From a virus, in the IMG/VR virus record IMGVR_UViG_3300027833_000015, positions 32,001 to 96,000 of that record: DNA of 64,000 nt, one strand, 5' to 3'. The notes beneath the pieces are model-generated. The model was given only the letters and a program-made list of their open reading frames with translations. It did not search any database and was not told where the DNA came from. This document shows, in pieces, positions 19,487-28,896 of the stretch. Position 1 is the stretch's first letter, and every line of letters begins with the position of its first letter. A program made the position numbers and the translations under genes.

Positions 19487-19975
19487 CTATTCGAAATTGT
19501 ATATGGATTCTTTTGCTCGCTCAAGTAGCAATCCAGAATTATACTCTTCCTTTGAGTAGTCCCAGCGGACGTAAGGAACACCAGAGTTGGTGGTCTTTTC
19601 CGTGGGTGTCATAGGTGCGCCATTGACATGGTTCATAAAACCAATGATCTTCTTGTCGTTGTGTCGGACAAACCCATGCATAGAGTCTATGCCTATGGTG
19701 TCGAATGCCCATGTCATGGCAAGGTAGATGCCAACGTCTCGGGTCTTTTTCTTTTGTGATTTTGAGAGAGGGTATGAGTGTAGTCTGTGCCAGTCAGAAA
19801 CAGCACTGACCTCAACTGTGTTGTTGGGGCAGTCTTTGAGGAGGAACATAAAGTAAACTTCGCCATGGACTGTGCCAACAAAGTATCTATCAGCAGTCCA
19901 TTGCCTCAGTGTTCCCTTTGAATCTATATACTTTTGAGCATATCCATCCCATTCATTATAAAAATATTTCACCAT
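19487..19975 (-). CDS. Putative GNAT-fold (RimJ/RimL-like) acetyltransferase
   Basis: GIYLAMTWAFDTIGIDSMHGFVRHND resembles the C-terminal half of RimJ/L GNAT proteins. Confidence 0.5.
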   Translation of the reverse strand: MVKYFYNEWDGYAQKYIDSKGTLRQWTADRYFVGTVHGEVYFMFLLKDCPNNTVEVSAVSDWHRLHSYPLSKSQKKKTRDVGIYLAMTWAFDTIGIDSMHGFVRHNDKKIIGFMNHVNGAPMTPTEKTTNSGVPYVRWDYSKEEYNSGLLLERAKESIYNFE

Positions 19976-19981
19976 ATTATA

Positions 19982-20323
19982 TCAATCGAATTTACAGTCA
20001 CTCAACGCAGCGCGAACAATTTCAATCTTATCTATCAACCTGTCTATGTCCTCTTCCGCATGCTGAATTCGAACAGTCTGTTCAAAGTCTTTAGGCAGTT
20101 GTCCAAGATCTCCTCTTGGCCACAGAATACGAAACTCTGTATTCTGTTTTACCTGCCCTACAATACGAATAGAACCATCCTCAAGAAAATCTAATCTGCT
20201 AGTGATCAGGAAATACTGACCCAGAAACAAAGATATTAAGACGGCAATTCCAATTAGGTTCTTTAATGGTATCGTTAATTTTGTACCTTCGCTCAATGAG
20301 ACTGGTTCAATAGGATCATCCAT
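19982..20323 (-). CDS. Single-pass membrane protein with coiled coil
   Basis: Hydrophobic LIGIAVLISLFLGQYFLI segment followed by NTEFRILWPRG. Confidence 0.7.
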   Translation of the reverse strand: MDDPIEPVSLSEGTKLTIPLKNLIGIAVLISLFLGQYFLITSRLDFLEDGSIRIVGQVKQNTEFRILWPRGDLGQLPKDFEQTVRIQHAEEDIDRLIDKIEIVRAALSDCKFD

Positions 20324-22325
20324 TCAATAAATTACCAGCAAGGTCGTAGATGCCAATACCGTGGAACCCGTCTACCTTATCGGCATTCAGGTTTGTTACT
20401 ACGGTGCCAGAAGCAACGTCAGTCAGGTCGAAGATAGAGGCAGCAGCGATACGCGCATCTGCTCTGGCGTTTGTATAGTATAGTCTAGTGCCTTCACTCA
20501 GGTTTGTTGTAGACTTGGCGGTGAATCCTGCGTCGACTCTTGCGTCTGCTCGTGCTTGAGTATAGTATAGTCTAGTGCCTTCACTAATGTCTGTTGTTGT
20601 AATACTTGCATTGATGTATGCATCAACATCAGCATCGTCATAAGCAGCAGCAGAGGAGATTGTACCGTTTGCAGCAATACTGATATTGGTACCAGCAGTA
20701 AGTGAAGCGACAACGTTGGCAGTATCAGTGACATCTGCCAGTGCTTCTATGTCAACCAACTTGGTATTGAGAGCAGCGGTGAAATTCTTTTGAGTCAGTC
20801 CACCATCACCCACTGAATAGGTAGTGTCGGTCGAGGAGATTGTGCCGTTTGCAGCAATACTGATATTGGTACCAGCAGTAAGAGCAGCAACAACATTGGT
20901 AGTGTCAGTAACATCTGCCAGTGCTTCTATGCCGTCGAGTTTGGTTCCGTCTGCTGCAACGTCACGACCATCCACATTACCGCTTACGGTTATTGCTCCA
21001 GTAACATCCAGACCAGCACTTGAAATATTGACACGTTGGGTGCCACCAGTGCTGAAACCGATGACCTCATCACTTGGCCAGTATATGCCTGTGTTTGTGT
21101 CACCATCATTACACAGCGTGGGAGCGGTCACCGATCCATCAGATAATCTGATAGTTCCCTCTATCTGATTGACAGTGCTGCCTAGGAGTTTAATGCCCCA
21201 ATTTGTTGTGGTAGGTGTACCTGTAACGGAATACAGACCATGGTAGAGATATGCAGTAGTAATTTCACCAGCATTATGATCGATTAACGTCCTAGCACCA
21301 TATGCAGTGCCAATTTCACCTTCATTGTGAGTTATTCTACCATAGATACCATGTGCAGAACCGACACGCCCTGTGGTACCAGTGGTGCCGTTGCTGTGTA
21401 AACCATACACACCGTATGCATTAGTGATCTGATTGGTTGATGCAGCAGTACCGTTGTCCATCGCAGAGTAACCATACACACCGATCTGTACAGAATTCAG
21501 GGTTGCTCTATTTTGATCTGCTTGGCCATAAACACCATACACGGTTGTTGTATTAGTCGACACGTTGGCATTTGTGCCGCTTGTCTGCCCGAGGAAATAT
21601 CCTCCTATAACTACGTCATTGTCGCCAGAGGATGTAGAGGTGGCATAGATACCATATGCCCGACCTTCATTGCTGTTGTCACCACCAGTGTATGAGGTAT
21701 CAACATCGACCTGTATTCCGATGTGACTATGGTCAGCAGTAGCAGCATCATTTCCCGAGACGTTCAGGTCGAAAAATGCACCCTGGATCTGATTATTTCC
21801 AGTGGTGTAGTCAACCTTCGAATGTATTGACCTCGTGTTGGCAGCAGGGTCCAGGTCGAGTGTTTTGAAGACATCGATATCAGTGGCGGTTGCTGTGAGG
21901 GAAGAAGTGCCGCCTTGGGTTAGATTTAATGTGTTTGCTCCAAAACTCAGGTAGTTGTCAGCATCACCATTGTGAGAGAGTTTTGAGTTGATCTGTACAT
22001 CAGCAACATTGAATGTCATTGAACTCTGATTTAACTGGGCACGAATAGCACTAGCGACATAGAACTTCAGATTGGCGTCTGTTTTGTTACCCATTATCGC
22101 AGGTCTTGCGGTGCCTCCACCCCAAGCAATAATTTCATCTTCTGCGATGTTTATTTCGTTAGTAGTTGTTATGTCGCCTGTGAGTGACCCACCTGCCAAT
22201 GGGAGGTAGTCTCCAAGGGCAGTTGTGGTGGTTGTTAAATCTGTGTTTAGATTGGAAAAGTTATCGTCCAACTCAGCGAAAGTCAGTGCGCTTCCCTTAC
22301 CTGATCTTAATGTGAGTGTGGTCAT
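20316..22325 (-). CDS. Tail fibre protein, 669 aa
   Basis: N-terminal LRSGKGSALTFAELDDNFSNL anchor, central YGxYG beta-helix-like repeats, GDTNTGIYWP, VDGRDVAADGTKLDGIE and internal duplications. Confidence 0.85.
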   Translation of the reverse strand: MTTLTLRSGKGSALTFAELDDNFSNLNTDLTTTTTALGDYLPLAGGSLTGDITTTNEINIAEDEIIAWGGGTARPAIMGNKTDANLKFYVASAIRAQLNQSSMTFNVADVQINSKLSHNGDADNYLSFGANTLNLTQGGTSSLTATATDIDVFKTLDLDPAANTRSIHSKVDYTTGNNQIQGAFFDLNVSGNDAATADHSHIGIQVDVDTSYTGGDNSNEGRAYGIYATSTSSGDNDVVIGGYFLGQTSGTNANVSTNTTTVYGVYGQADQNRATLNSVQIGVYGYSAMDNGTAASTNQITNAYGVYGLHSNGTTGTTGRVGSAHGIYGRITHNEGEIGTAYGARTLIDHNAGEITTAYLYHGLYSVTGTPTTTNWGIKLLGSTVNQIEGTIRLSDGSVTAPTLCNDGDTNTGIYWPSDEVIGFSTGGTQRVNISSAGLDVTGAITVSGNVDGRDVAADGTKLDGIEALADVTDTTNVVAALTAGTNISIAANGTISSTDTTYSVGDGGLTQKNFTAALNTKLVDIEALADVTDTANVVASLTAGTNISIAANGTISSAAAYDDADVDAYINASITTTDISEGTRLYYTQARADARVDAGFTAKSTTNLSEGTRLYYTNARADARIAAASIFDLTDVASGTVVTNLNADKVDGFHGIGIYDLAGNLLNG
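20440..20940 (-). repeat. Internal duplications in the fibre gene
   Basis: IEALADVTDTxNVVAxLTAGTNISIAANGTISS twice and SEGTRLYYTxARADAR twice, also conserved at DNA level. Confidence 0.85.
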
Positions 22326-22358
22326 TTAACCTTGCCCTTCGGGTTAGTATAGAATAAT

Positions 22359-22388
22359 AAAAAAGAGTTGGGAGAAATTGCTCCCCCA
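22359..22388 (-). terminator. Probable terminator
   Basis: GGGAG-caattt-CTCCC followed by AACTC and a T run. Confidence 0.5.
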
Positions 22389-22412
22389 TAGAGTAGTGAC
22401 CCAGTCTCTTTC

Positions 22413-22790
22413 TTAGTTTGGTGCTTCGTATGTAAGTGAAGAGATACTAATTGTATCGCCATCGCCAATAATAACAGAAGACAATATGATGTCACCTGTG
22501 TTAGCAGCAGTGTTCGATACATCGCCTTGGAATACCGTGGCACCAGCACCAGACTTGACTACAAACTTTGATACTGTTCCAGGTTCGCAGTCCGTGTCGT
22601 CAGCAATCGAACCAGCAGAGGCGATGCCATTTGCAGCATCACCGAAAGCAGTTGCGCTGAATGTCAGTGTTGCAACTACGGCACTTGCAGTAGTTTGGAA
22701 TTCAATCGATCCAGCACCGCCATTGTCGATCTTATCAACAATCAGGTCTGCAATATCGTTACGAATTGTTGTTGGGTGTGTTACTGCCAT
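22413..22790 (-). CDS. Small beta-rich virion structural protein
   Basis: 125 aa, A/G/T/S-rich; strong SD (AAGGAG); located in the fibre region. Confidence 0.7.
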   Translation of the reverse strand: MAVTHPTTIRNDIADLIVDKIDNGGAGSIEFQTTASAVVATLTFSATAFGDAANGIASAGSIADDTDCEPGTVSKFVVKSGAGATVFQGDVSNTAANTGDIILSSVIIGDGDTISISSLTYEAPN

Positions 22791-22792
22791 TT

Positions 22793-22963
22793 TTACTTCT
22801 CCTTGATACTAGGGTCACTATTTGCGATTGAACATTCAATCGACTTGCCTTGTTCTTCAGTTACAGGTATCTCTATAGAAACTTCTTCTTTGGTACCATC
22901 CTTACGAATGACAACAGCGGTTCCTTTCAACTTACCCAAACTACCTTTTGCTCTTATACTCAT
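22793..22963 (-). CDS. 56-aa hypothetical protein, not in the ORF track
   Basis: MSIRAKGSLGKLKGTAVVIRKDGTKEEV...; fills the intergenic gap exactly. Confidence 0.6.
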   Translation of the reverse strand: MSIRAKGSLGKLKGTAVVIRKDGTKEEVSIEIPVTEEQGKSIECSIANSDPSIKEK

Positions 22964-22971
22964 TATTTATA
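22964..22971 (-). promoter_or_regulatory. T4 late promoter TATAAATA
   Basis: Exact consensus. Confidence 0.7.
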
Positions 22972-22984
22972 CACCTTCGAGTTC

Positions 22985-23347
22985 TTAATCAAATTTACTT
23001 ACGCTGCGAGAAATAATGAGGTTCCCTTCAAGTATTCTCTCTACCATTGTCACGCCAGACCCAGGATCAACATACTCTACTTCCAGGTCATACACATAAC
23101 GTCGACGCTGCATAGCATCTGTCTGGGTGTTTGTCAACATGAACTCGATAACACCACCTGTTGATGGTGGTAGCAATGACGTGGTGAACGAGATCATCTC
23201 GCTCGAGTCAGCGTCATAACTTCTGTTGACATTACCACGGACAGTATAACCTGTGGTGTCTCTGGGAGATCCATCAGTGGATAGCATCTTGACTTGCCAC
23301 TTTATGTCTGACCCTTGGTCTAATTCTAAATCTTCGTACTGCGCCAT
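22985..23347 (-). CDS. Virion structural protein, BppU-N / Ig-like adaptor type
   Basis: LELDQGSD...LTNTQT...RYVYDLE...RILEG pattern; ACTAAATA late-box variant upstream (23374-23381). Confidence 0.7.
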   Translation of the reverse strand: MAQYEDLELDQGSDIKWQVKMLSTDGSPRDTTGYTVRGNVNRSYDADSSEMISFTTSLLPPSTGGVIEFMLTNTQTDAMQRRRYVYDLEVEYVDPGSGVTMVERILEGNLIISRSVSKFD

Positions 23348-23404
23348 TGTTCAGATCCGTTTTAATATATCTCTATTTAGTCATTCTCGAAACGCGAGTC
23401 CCGA

Positions 23405-25297
23405 TTATTCTTGTCCGTCGAAAGAAATACTACAACGTATTTGTCGAGTATCTTTTTGTTTCACGGTGATATTATATACTGCTTTCGCGGAGACGTTTAT
23501 CGCGCGAGTATCTTTTTCTTTCACCGTGGTATTATATATTCCTTTCGCGGAGACGTTTATCAAGCGAGTATCTTTTTGTCTGACATTAACGTATTTTGCT
23601 AATGGCACCTTTCCGTATTTTCTGAACAGTATAGTAGAAGCACTGATAACGGAAGGACTTGCCTTTGGAGTTGAATCAACTCCTGTCACCGTCCTCTTGG
23701 TTGTTCCCACGACAATAGCAGGCGATGGTTGAATGTGAATTCTTGGTTCTATTTCTCGTTCACCAGTGCATAGAACCACGCAGTTCGTGGTCTGTAGAGC
23801 ACCACTTGCTGTGATCACCCTTTCCGCAGAACCAGAAAGATTAGAAGGTTGAGATTCAAGTTGTGTATCGACCGTGTCTTTTATTGTTCTTTCTGCGATG
23901 CCATCTACTTTGACTTCGGTATCTTGACAGATCGCAGAAACTACGACTACAACTACACGCTCACCATCTCCCGCAACAGTTACAACACCGACCTCATCTG
24001 CTGTGAGAGCACCATCAAGAACATTGATGGTCCTTCCTCCAGCACCAACTACTGTGCTGGCAGTTGATTGTACTGCTTGGTCTATTTCGTTTGTTTCAAT
24101 TTCGCGTTCAGCGAGACCGACAACAGAGGATGCTGTAGTTTCGAGTGTGCCTTGTATCGATATAATTCTTTCTGATGAACCGACCACTTTGCTCTGGTCA
24201 TTGACCAGACTACCACTGGCATTGATTATTCTCTCAGCAACGCCACTCGCTACGCTGGCAGATGATTGTACTGCTTGGTCTAATTCGTTTGTTTCTATTT
24301 CTCTCTCAGCGACACCATCCACAAGTGAAGCAGTGGTATCACAGTAACCATAACCAAATACAGAACGCTTAGTAGTGGCAGCAACAACGGAGGGACTTGC
24401 CTTTGGAGTCGAATCAACTCCAGTCACTGTTCGTTTGGTTGTACCAGAGACGACATTCGATATTGTCGGGCGAATGACGACGGAAGGTCTTATTTCTCGT
24501 TCAGAGACGCCATCGACTTTGCTCTGGTCGACGACCACAGCACCACTGCCAGTGATTACTCGTTCAGAGACGCCAACGACTTCGATCTGGTCGTCGACGA
24601 CCAGAGTACCACTGCCTGTGACTGTTCTCTGTGCTGTTGCAGAGACGGTGGAGGTCTGTGCTTGAAGTGCCTGAGTAGTTTCATTTATCTCGACGATACG
24701 TTCGGCAACACCGCTGGCAACAGAAACTCCTGTGGTCAGGGCAACGGTGGATCGTATCTCTCGTTCACTGGTAGAAGAAACATTTGCATCAGCGGTAACT
24801 ATTACACCTGTACCAACAATCGTTCTCTCTGCTGTTGCAGAGGCAGTGGAGGTCTGTGCTTCTAGTGATATGGAGGTTCTTATTTGCCTCTCAGCGACAC
24901 CAGAGACGACATTCGATATTGTCGGTCGAATAACGACAGTCCCTGGTTTTCGACCAACATCTGCTATACCACTGACAACGGATGGGGTGGAGACTTCGAC
25001 TGCGGAAACTACGGTTACAACTACACGCTCACCATCTCCAGCGACAGTTACAACACCGACCTCATCTGATGAGAGGTCGCCATTGACTACATTGATTTGA
25101 CGTTTAGAGGTGCCGCTTACAGAAGCATCGCCAGTTACAAGGATGGCGTCTACAGAATTGCGTTGTAGTGTTGCTTGCCCAGAGACTTCGGAATCTTGGG
25201 AAACGAGTTCCACGACCAGAACATGAAGACTGGTTGCATAGTCGACCGCGACATAGTCGATATCGACGTATTCGAAAATTTGACCAGATGATGCCAA
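23405..25297 (-). CDS. Repetitive V/S/T/A-rich fibre-like protein, 630 aa
   Basis: About 20 imperfect SGxAERxI repeats, block duplications and a basic C-terminal 20-aa repeat x3; TTG start; CCTAAATA upstream. Confidence 0.75.
   Translation of the reverse strand: MASSGQIFEYVDIDYVAVDYATSLHVLVVELVSQDSEVSGQATLQRNSVDAILVTGDASVSGTSKRQINVVNGDLSSDEVGVVTVAGDGERVVVTVVSAVEVSTPSVVSGIADVGRKPGTVVIRPTISNVVSGVAERQIRTSISLEAQTSTASATAERTIVGTGVIVTADANVSSTSEREIRSTVALTTGVSVASGVAERIVEINETTQALQAQTSTVSATAQRTVTGSGTLVVDDQIEVVGVSERVITGSGAVVVDQSKVDGVSEREIRPSVVIRPTISNVVSGTTKRTVTGVDSTPKASPSVVAATTKRSVFGYGYCDTTASLVDGVAEREIETNELDQAVQSSASVASGVAERIINASGSLVNDQSKVVGSSERIISIQGTLETTASSVVGLAEREIETNEIDQAVQSTASTVVGAGGRTINVLDGALTADEVGVVTVAGDGERVVVVVVSAICQDTEVKVDGIAERTIKDTVDTQLESQPSNLSGSAERVITASGALQTTNCVVLCTGEREIEPRIHIQPSPAIVVGTTKRTVTGVDSTPKASPSVISASTILFRKYGKVPLAKYVNVRQKDTRLINVSAKGIYNTTVKEKDTRAINVSAKAVYNITVKQKDTRQIRCSISFDGQE
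23440..23590 (-). repeat. 60-bp tandem repeat, about 2.5 copies
   Basis: cgagtatctttt...ttcgcggagacgtttatc repeated with a 60-nt period. Confidence 0.85.
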
Positions 25298-25330
25298 GTG
25301 AGTTCCTGAAGATGAGTTATCACATCTTAT

Positions 25331-25981
25331 TTAGGACTCAGAAATATCCTCGATCAACATCTCTGCCATTTGCTTGCCAGTTTCATCTGGATTAAACATG
25401 TATGCTATGGTTGCACGGAGGCAGTTGGTGCTTGCTGCGTGGTACATCAACTTGTCTTGCTCGTCATATGTACCATAATATCCAAACTTGCACTGCCAAC
25501 CTTTAACATCAGGCACGACAACATGTTCGTTGGTGATAGGGTCGATGTATTCAAATTGTCCGTCACCTTCAGATGACCATGTAAACAGCACATTATATCC
25601 AGGAGCGTTTGCATTGTTGTGCCAAGAAATAAACCCACCAGCAGGGTACACGGCACTCAGAGCATTGTTCCTTGTGCCTGCCCATGCTTGCAGGTCTTCT
25701 TTAATCGCTAGTGCTGGTTGGGTGACTTCATGCCAGTGGTCATGGTTTTTGCATGAGAAATTTGATGGAGAGATCTCACAACCAACCATCATTCCTGGAA
25801 ACCCAGAGTGTTGTTTGCCCTGACCCATTATATACTTCAGGTAATCTTCGTTACAAAACTCGTCACGTTTGGATGTGTCGCGATCCATTGCCACTTTATC
25901 GAATTCAATCATTTCGAATATGGGAATGAACCTATTGAGTATCTCAAGCAGTTCTGGATTTAATATGGGCACAGTCTTCAT
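25331..25981 (-). CDS. Putative 2OG-Fe(II) oxygenase / cupin
   Basis: YPAGGFISWHNN (HxN in place of HxD), distal YHAA His and CLR Arg. Confidence 0.65.
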   Translation of the reverse strand: MKTVPILNPELLEILNRFIPIFEMIEFDKVAMDRDTSKRDEFCNEDYLKYIMGQGKQHSGFPGMMVGCEISPSNFSCKNHDHWHEVTQPALAIKEDLQAWAGTRNNALSAVYPAGGFISWHNNANAPGYNVLFTWSSEGDGQFEYIDPITNEHVVVPDVKGWQCKFGYYGTYDEQDKLMYHAASTNCLRATIAYMFNPDETGKQMAEMLIEDISES

Positions 25982-26727
25982 AGTATAACATCACTCAGGT
26001 TTTTTGATGCTGCTGACGACATATGCACAAGTACTGTGTCATCGGGTTTGGGGAATTTTATGGGGTCAAGAATACTCCACCAATTCCACTTCTCATTATT
26101 GGCAAACTCTCCAACGATCAGACTGGCATACTTCGGTTCTTTATTGACCAACCACCACAGAGTGAATTGATCCCATATCGCTAGGCATCTCGGATACAAC
26201 TCGTAATCATACTCGCCTTTGTCGTTTAGTGGCCACCAATTACCTGACTGCTGCTCAACATATATGTCGTACCAATCCTGCATGAACTGATCAACGAGTT
26301 CGCTTTTTCTATATAGACAAACAGCGCCACACAATTCAAACTTACCTCCAGGGAAGTCGACATCTGCAAATATATGGTAGTGTTCGGGTTGAAGAGTCGT
26401 GTACACCATGTCGGAATCACCCAAATCGTCAAACACCTTTGAGATATCCTCATGGATAATTTCCATGTCGGCATCGATATAGAAGGTTATGTCCCATGGA
26501 CTATTTGCCATGCCCCAGAGTTTTGCGCGATAGTGATCGTCACAGAATAATATCTTATCTGCTTGGTCTGCTCGGTGGTCGAGGTATTTTTCTTCTACTA
26601 CAAGGCAGACATTTGCTTCTGGGTAGAAGTCTTTGATTCCATCAAGGAGGTTGCACGCCCAATCATAGTATATGGTTTCTCTCGAAGCAACTATGAGGTA
26701 TCCTTTAGTCTTTTTGCTCGGCATCAT
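25978..26727 (-). CDS. Putative GT-A glycosyltransferase
   Basis: KGYLIVAS beta-1, RAKLWGM, SPWDITFYIDAD (DxD), CGAVCLY, WDQFTLW and terminal VLVH resemble GT8/GT77-type nucleotide-sugar transferases. Confidence 0.75.
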   Translation of the reverse strand: MMPSKKTKGYLIVASRETIYYDWACNLLDGIKDFYPEANVCLVVEEKYLDHRADQADKILFCDDHYRAKLWGMANSPWDITFYIDADMEIIHEDISKVFDDLGDSDMVYTTLQPEHYHIFADVDFPGGKFELCGAVCLYRKSELVDQFMQDWYDIYVEQQSGNWWPLNDKGEYDYELYPRCLAIWDQFTLWWLVNKEPKYASLIVGEFANNEKWNWWSILDPIKFPKPDDTVLVHMSSAASKNLSDVIL

Positions 26728-27187
26728 AAGTCACAAATCCAATTCCATTTTCTTCCATAACGATTAGTTGCGCATACATGTTCAATTCTACAATGTTCTT
26801 TGAACGACGCAACTTGCTTTTGAGTGTCTTGTTCTTTGTATTAGATATCATGTCGATAGCAAGCATCTTGATCTTGGAGTCGAATAATCGCTCAAGTTCC
26901 TTTGCCTGTGCTTCTGCCTTATCGCGTGCACCTTTCTGCTCGCGCTCTCGTTCCTTTCGGTCACCCCTTTCCTTGGTGTTCTCGTCTATTTTATCTACAC
27001 CAATCACATCAAGTAGTTCGGTGAAGTCTGGATTCTCTTCGCCCTTTTCAGTAATTTTACGGACGGTGAGAACCTGGGATATTTTTCGACCATCTGCATC
27101 TTCGATTACAAGAATCGCTTCTGCGCAATCTTTTTCTTTAGTATTCCAGAATGCGTTATCTAACCAGTTTCGTGATTGTACTGCCAT
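26705..27187 (-). CDS. Hypothetical protein, possible fibre assembly chaperone
   Basis: 160 aa, charged and helical; SD GGAGG; directly follows the repeat proteins and overlaps the glycosyltransferase gene. Confidence 0.6.
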   Translation of the reverse strand: MAVQSRNWLDNAFWNTKEKDCAEAILVIEDADGRKISQVLTVRKITEKGEENPDFTELLDVIGVDKIDENTKERGDRKEREREQKGARDKAEAQAKELERLFDSKIKMLAIDMISNTKNKTLKSKLRRSKNIVELNMYAQLIVMEENGIGFVTYDAEQKD

Positions 27188-27245
27188 GATATACCTCCAT
27201 GATATATTTCAGTTTGTAATTTATATATACGCCAACGAAAGACGG

Positions 27246-28892
27246 TTAATCGTCATACCGTACATACAGGGTGTATGTTTCTATAAGGGAAGATGTACTC
27301 TGAACGAGTTGGCCACCGTACTGCACCTGTCCCGTGAAATTCTGATTGATGAATCCTCTTGTACCGAGGAACGGGCGTGTGCCTTGGAAGTTTCTAGTGC
27401 CTTGGAAGTTTCTAGTGCCTTGGAAGTTTCGACTGCCTTGGAAGTTTCGAGTGCCTTGGAAAGATCGCGAACCTTGAAAACTCCGCGATCCAAGAAAGTT
27501 GGTGTTTCTAGCACCAATATAATATCGGGGTCCACTAAAGAAAGCAATGCGAGCACCCGCATATTGGATGTTTCGAGATCCAGCATAATATCCTACGAAC
27601 TGTCTCGTTCCAGCAAACTTTTCTTGACTGGCAAATTGTTGGAAAAATTGCTGTCCACCCTTACCGCTGTTTCGAACTCCCGCATACTGTACTTGACTTG
27701 CGAACTGTTGTGATGCGCTCACGTATGTTCCACCAAAGTCGCTGTTTACCGTCCCCCCGTATTGTCCGCTAAAAGCATTGAGGAACTGGTTGTAGTAATC
27801 CCCTAATATTCCACCATCCACCCACCTGTTGCCAGCGAAGTAATACTGTGGTTGCCCCACGAAATTCACGTTACCAACTGTCCACGAAGTTTGTACTCCA
27901 TTCGTCCATGATAACAATGCACTCGTATAGTCTGCTTGTGCACTTGCAAAGTCTGTTTGTGCGCTTGTAAAGTCTGCTTGTGCACTTGTATAGTCTGCTT
28001 GTCCACTTACGAAATACTCTTGTGGTGACTGGCGTGTTCCTGCATAATCTACATCGCCAACGTATTGTACTACATTAGTATCTCGACGTCTGTCTGTTGC
28101 TGTTCCTCTTGCTGTCCAAGACCCAGAATACCCAGCAGCGGTGGGAGTGCCTTGAGAAGATGAAAGTAATAGGTAGTCGCCTATGCCAGTGCTGGCGCGT
28201 AATTTCATTGTCAGATATGCATAATACTCTGCCATCTGTGCCTCTGTCAAACCCTTTACTGCGGGTTTTGAGGAAACCACATCGTACACTACGTTATTAC
28301 CAAGAGACCCTGCCCATGGAGCAGAGGTAGTTGGAGTGGAAAGATTGGTCTTTCTGTAGATGTCATACCCCACACTGCTTCCGTAGTCGTCTACGAAAAT
28401 GTTCTCGTCCCAAAGTTCATGTGTAGCAGCATCTGGGTTAGATGATGCGAGGACAAAAGTTCCAGGGTACTGATCGTCAATTGCCGTGCTGTATGACGCT
28501 TTGACTTCTAAACTCAACATGGCATCAGTCATTTTATATATCTGACCATCGCTGTCCGCAGAAAGAATCGGTGCAAACGAAGGCGATGTATATGCATCAT
28601 CTAACTGATGGAATGGGTAGGCAGTCTCAGTGTATTGTATTTCCGAGTTAGTTCCATGAGAACCAGTTGCAACATCATACTGCGTATCGGTCGCTGTACC
28701 TATGAGCGTGGATGTAGTTGCGTTGAAACATACAGATCCGTTGTAGCGATCAGTCGATGCTGCGTATGTATCTACGAGATACTCGCCTGCCTTTTCCCAT
28801 GCATATGCCAATGATGCGGCATTCACTTGCTCCAAATTTCCATCAGTATCTTTGATGGTCAAAGGATACTTTGTCATATGTTCTGATGACAT
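27246..28892 (-). CDS. [FY]xGxR-repeat protein B, 548 aa; probable virion fibre component
   Basis: Globular N-domain, about 260 aa of G/Q/R/aromatic repeats, C-terminal ETYTLY; paralog of 28897..30954. Confidence 0.8.
   Translation of the reverse strand: MSSEHMTKYPLTIKDTDGNLEQVNAASLAYAWEKAGEYLVDTYAASTDRYNGSVCFNATTSTLIGTATDTQYDVATGSHGTNSEIQYTETAYPFHQLDDAYTSPSFAPILSADSDGQIYKMTDAMLSLEVKASYSTAIDDQYPGTFVLASSNPDAATHELWDENIFVDDYGSSVGYDIYRKTNLSTPTTSAPWAGSLGNNVVYDVVSSKPAVKGLTEAQMAEYYAYLTMKLRASTGIGDYLLLSSSQGTPTAAGYSGSWTARGTATDRRRDTNVVQYVGDVDYAGTRQSPQEYFVSGQADYTSAQADFTSAQTDFASAQADYTSALLSWTNGVQTSWTVGNVNFVGQPQYYFAGNRWVDGGILGDYYNQFLNAFSGQYGGTVNSDFGGTYVSASQQFASQVQYAGVRNSGKGGQQFFQQFASQEKFAGTRQFVGYYAGSRNIQYAGARIAFFSGPRYYIGARNTNFLGSRSFQGSRSFQGTRNFQGSRNFQGTRNFQGTRNFQGTRPFLGTRGFINQNFTGQVQYGGQLVQSTSSLIETYTLYVRYDD
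27379..27486 (-). repeat. 18-bp tandem repeat (RNFQGT, about 6 copies)
   Basis: gtgccttggaagtttcta and variants in tandem. Confidence 0.9.
27925..28005 (-). repeat. 21-bp tandem repeat (QADYTSA-like, about 4 copies)
   Basis: agtctgcttgtgcacttg... repeated with a 21-nt period. Confidence 0.85.
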
Positions 28893-28896
28893 GGTG

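Noticed and set aside
27379-27486. Short direct repeats as a possible CRISPR array
   Set aside because: Contiguous 18-bp in-frame coding repeats with no spacers and no cas genes.
26778-27713. 311-aa plus-strand ORF with ALEVSS repeats, and the many other plus-strand ORFs in the track
   Set aside because: Antisense shadows of well-supported minus-strand genes; the repeats simply mirror the 18-bp array; no SD or promoter support.
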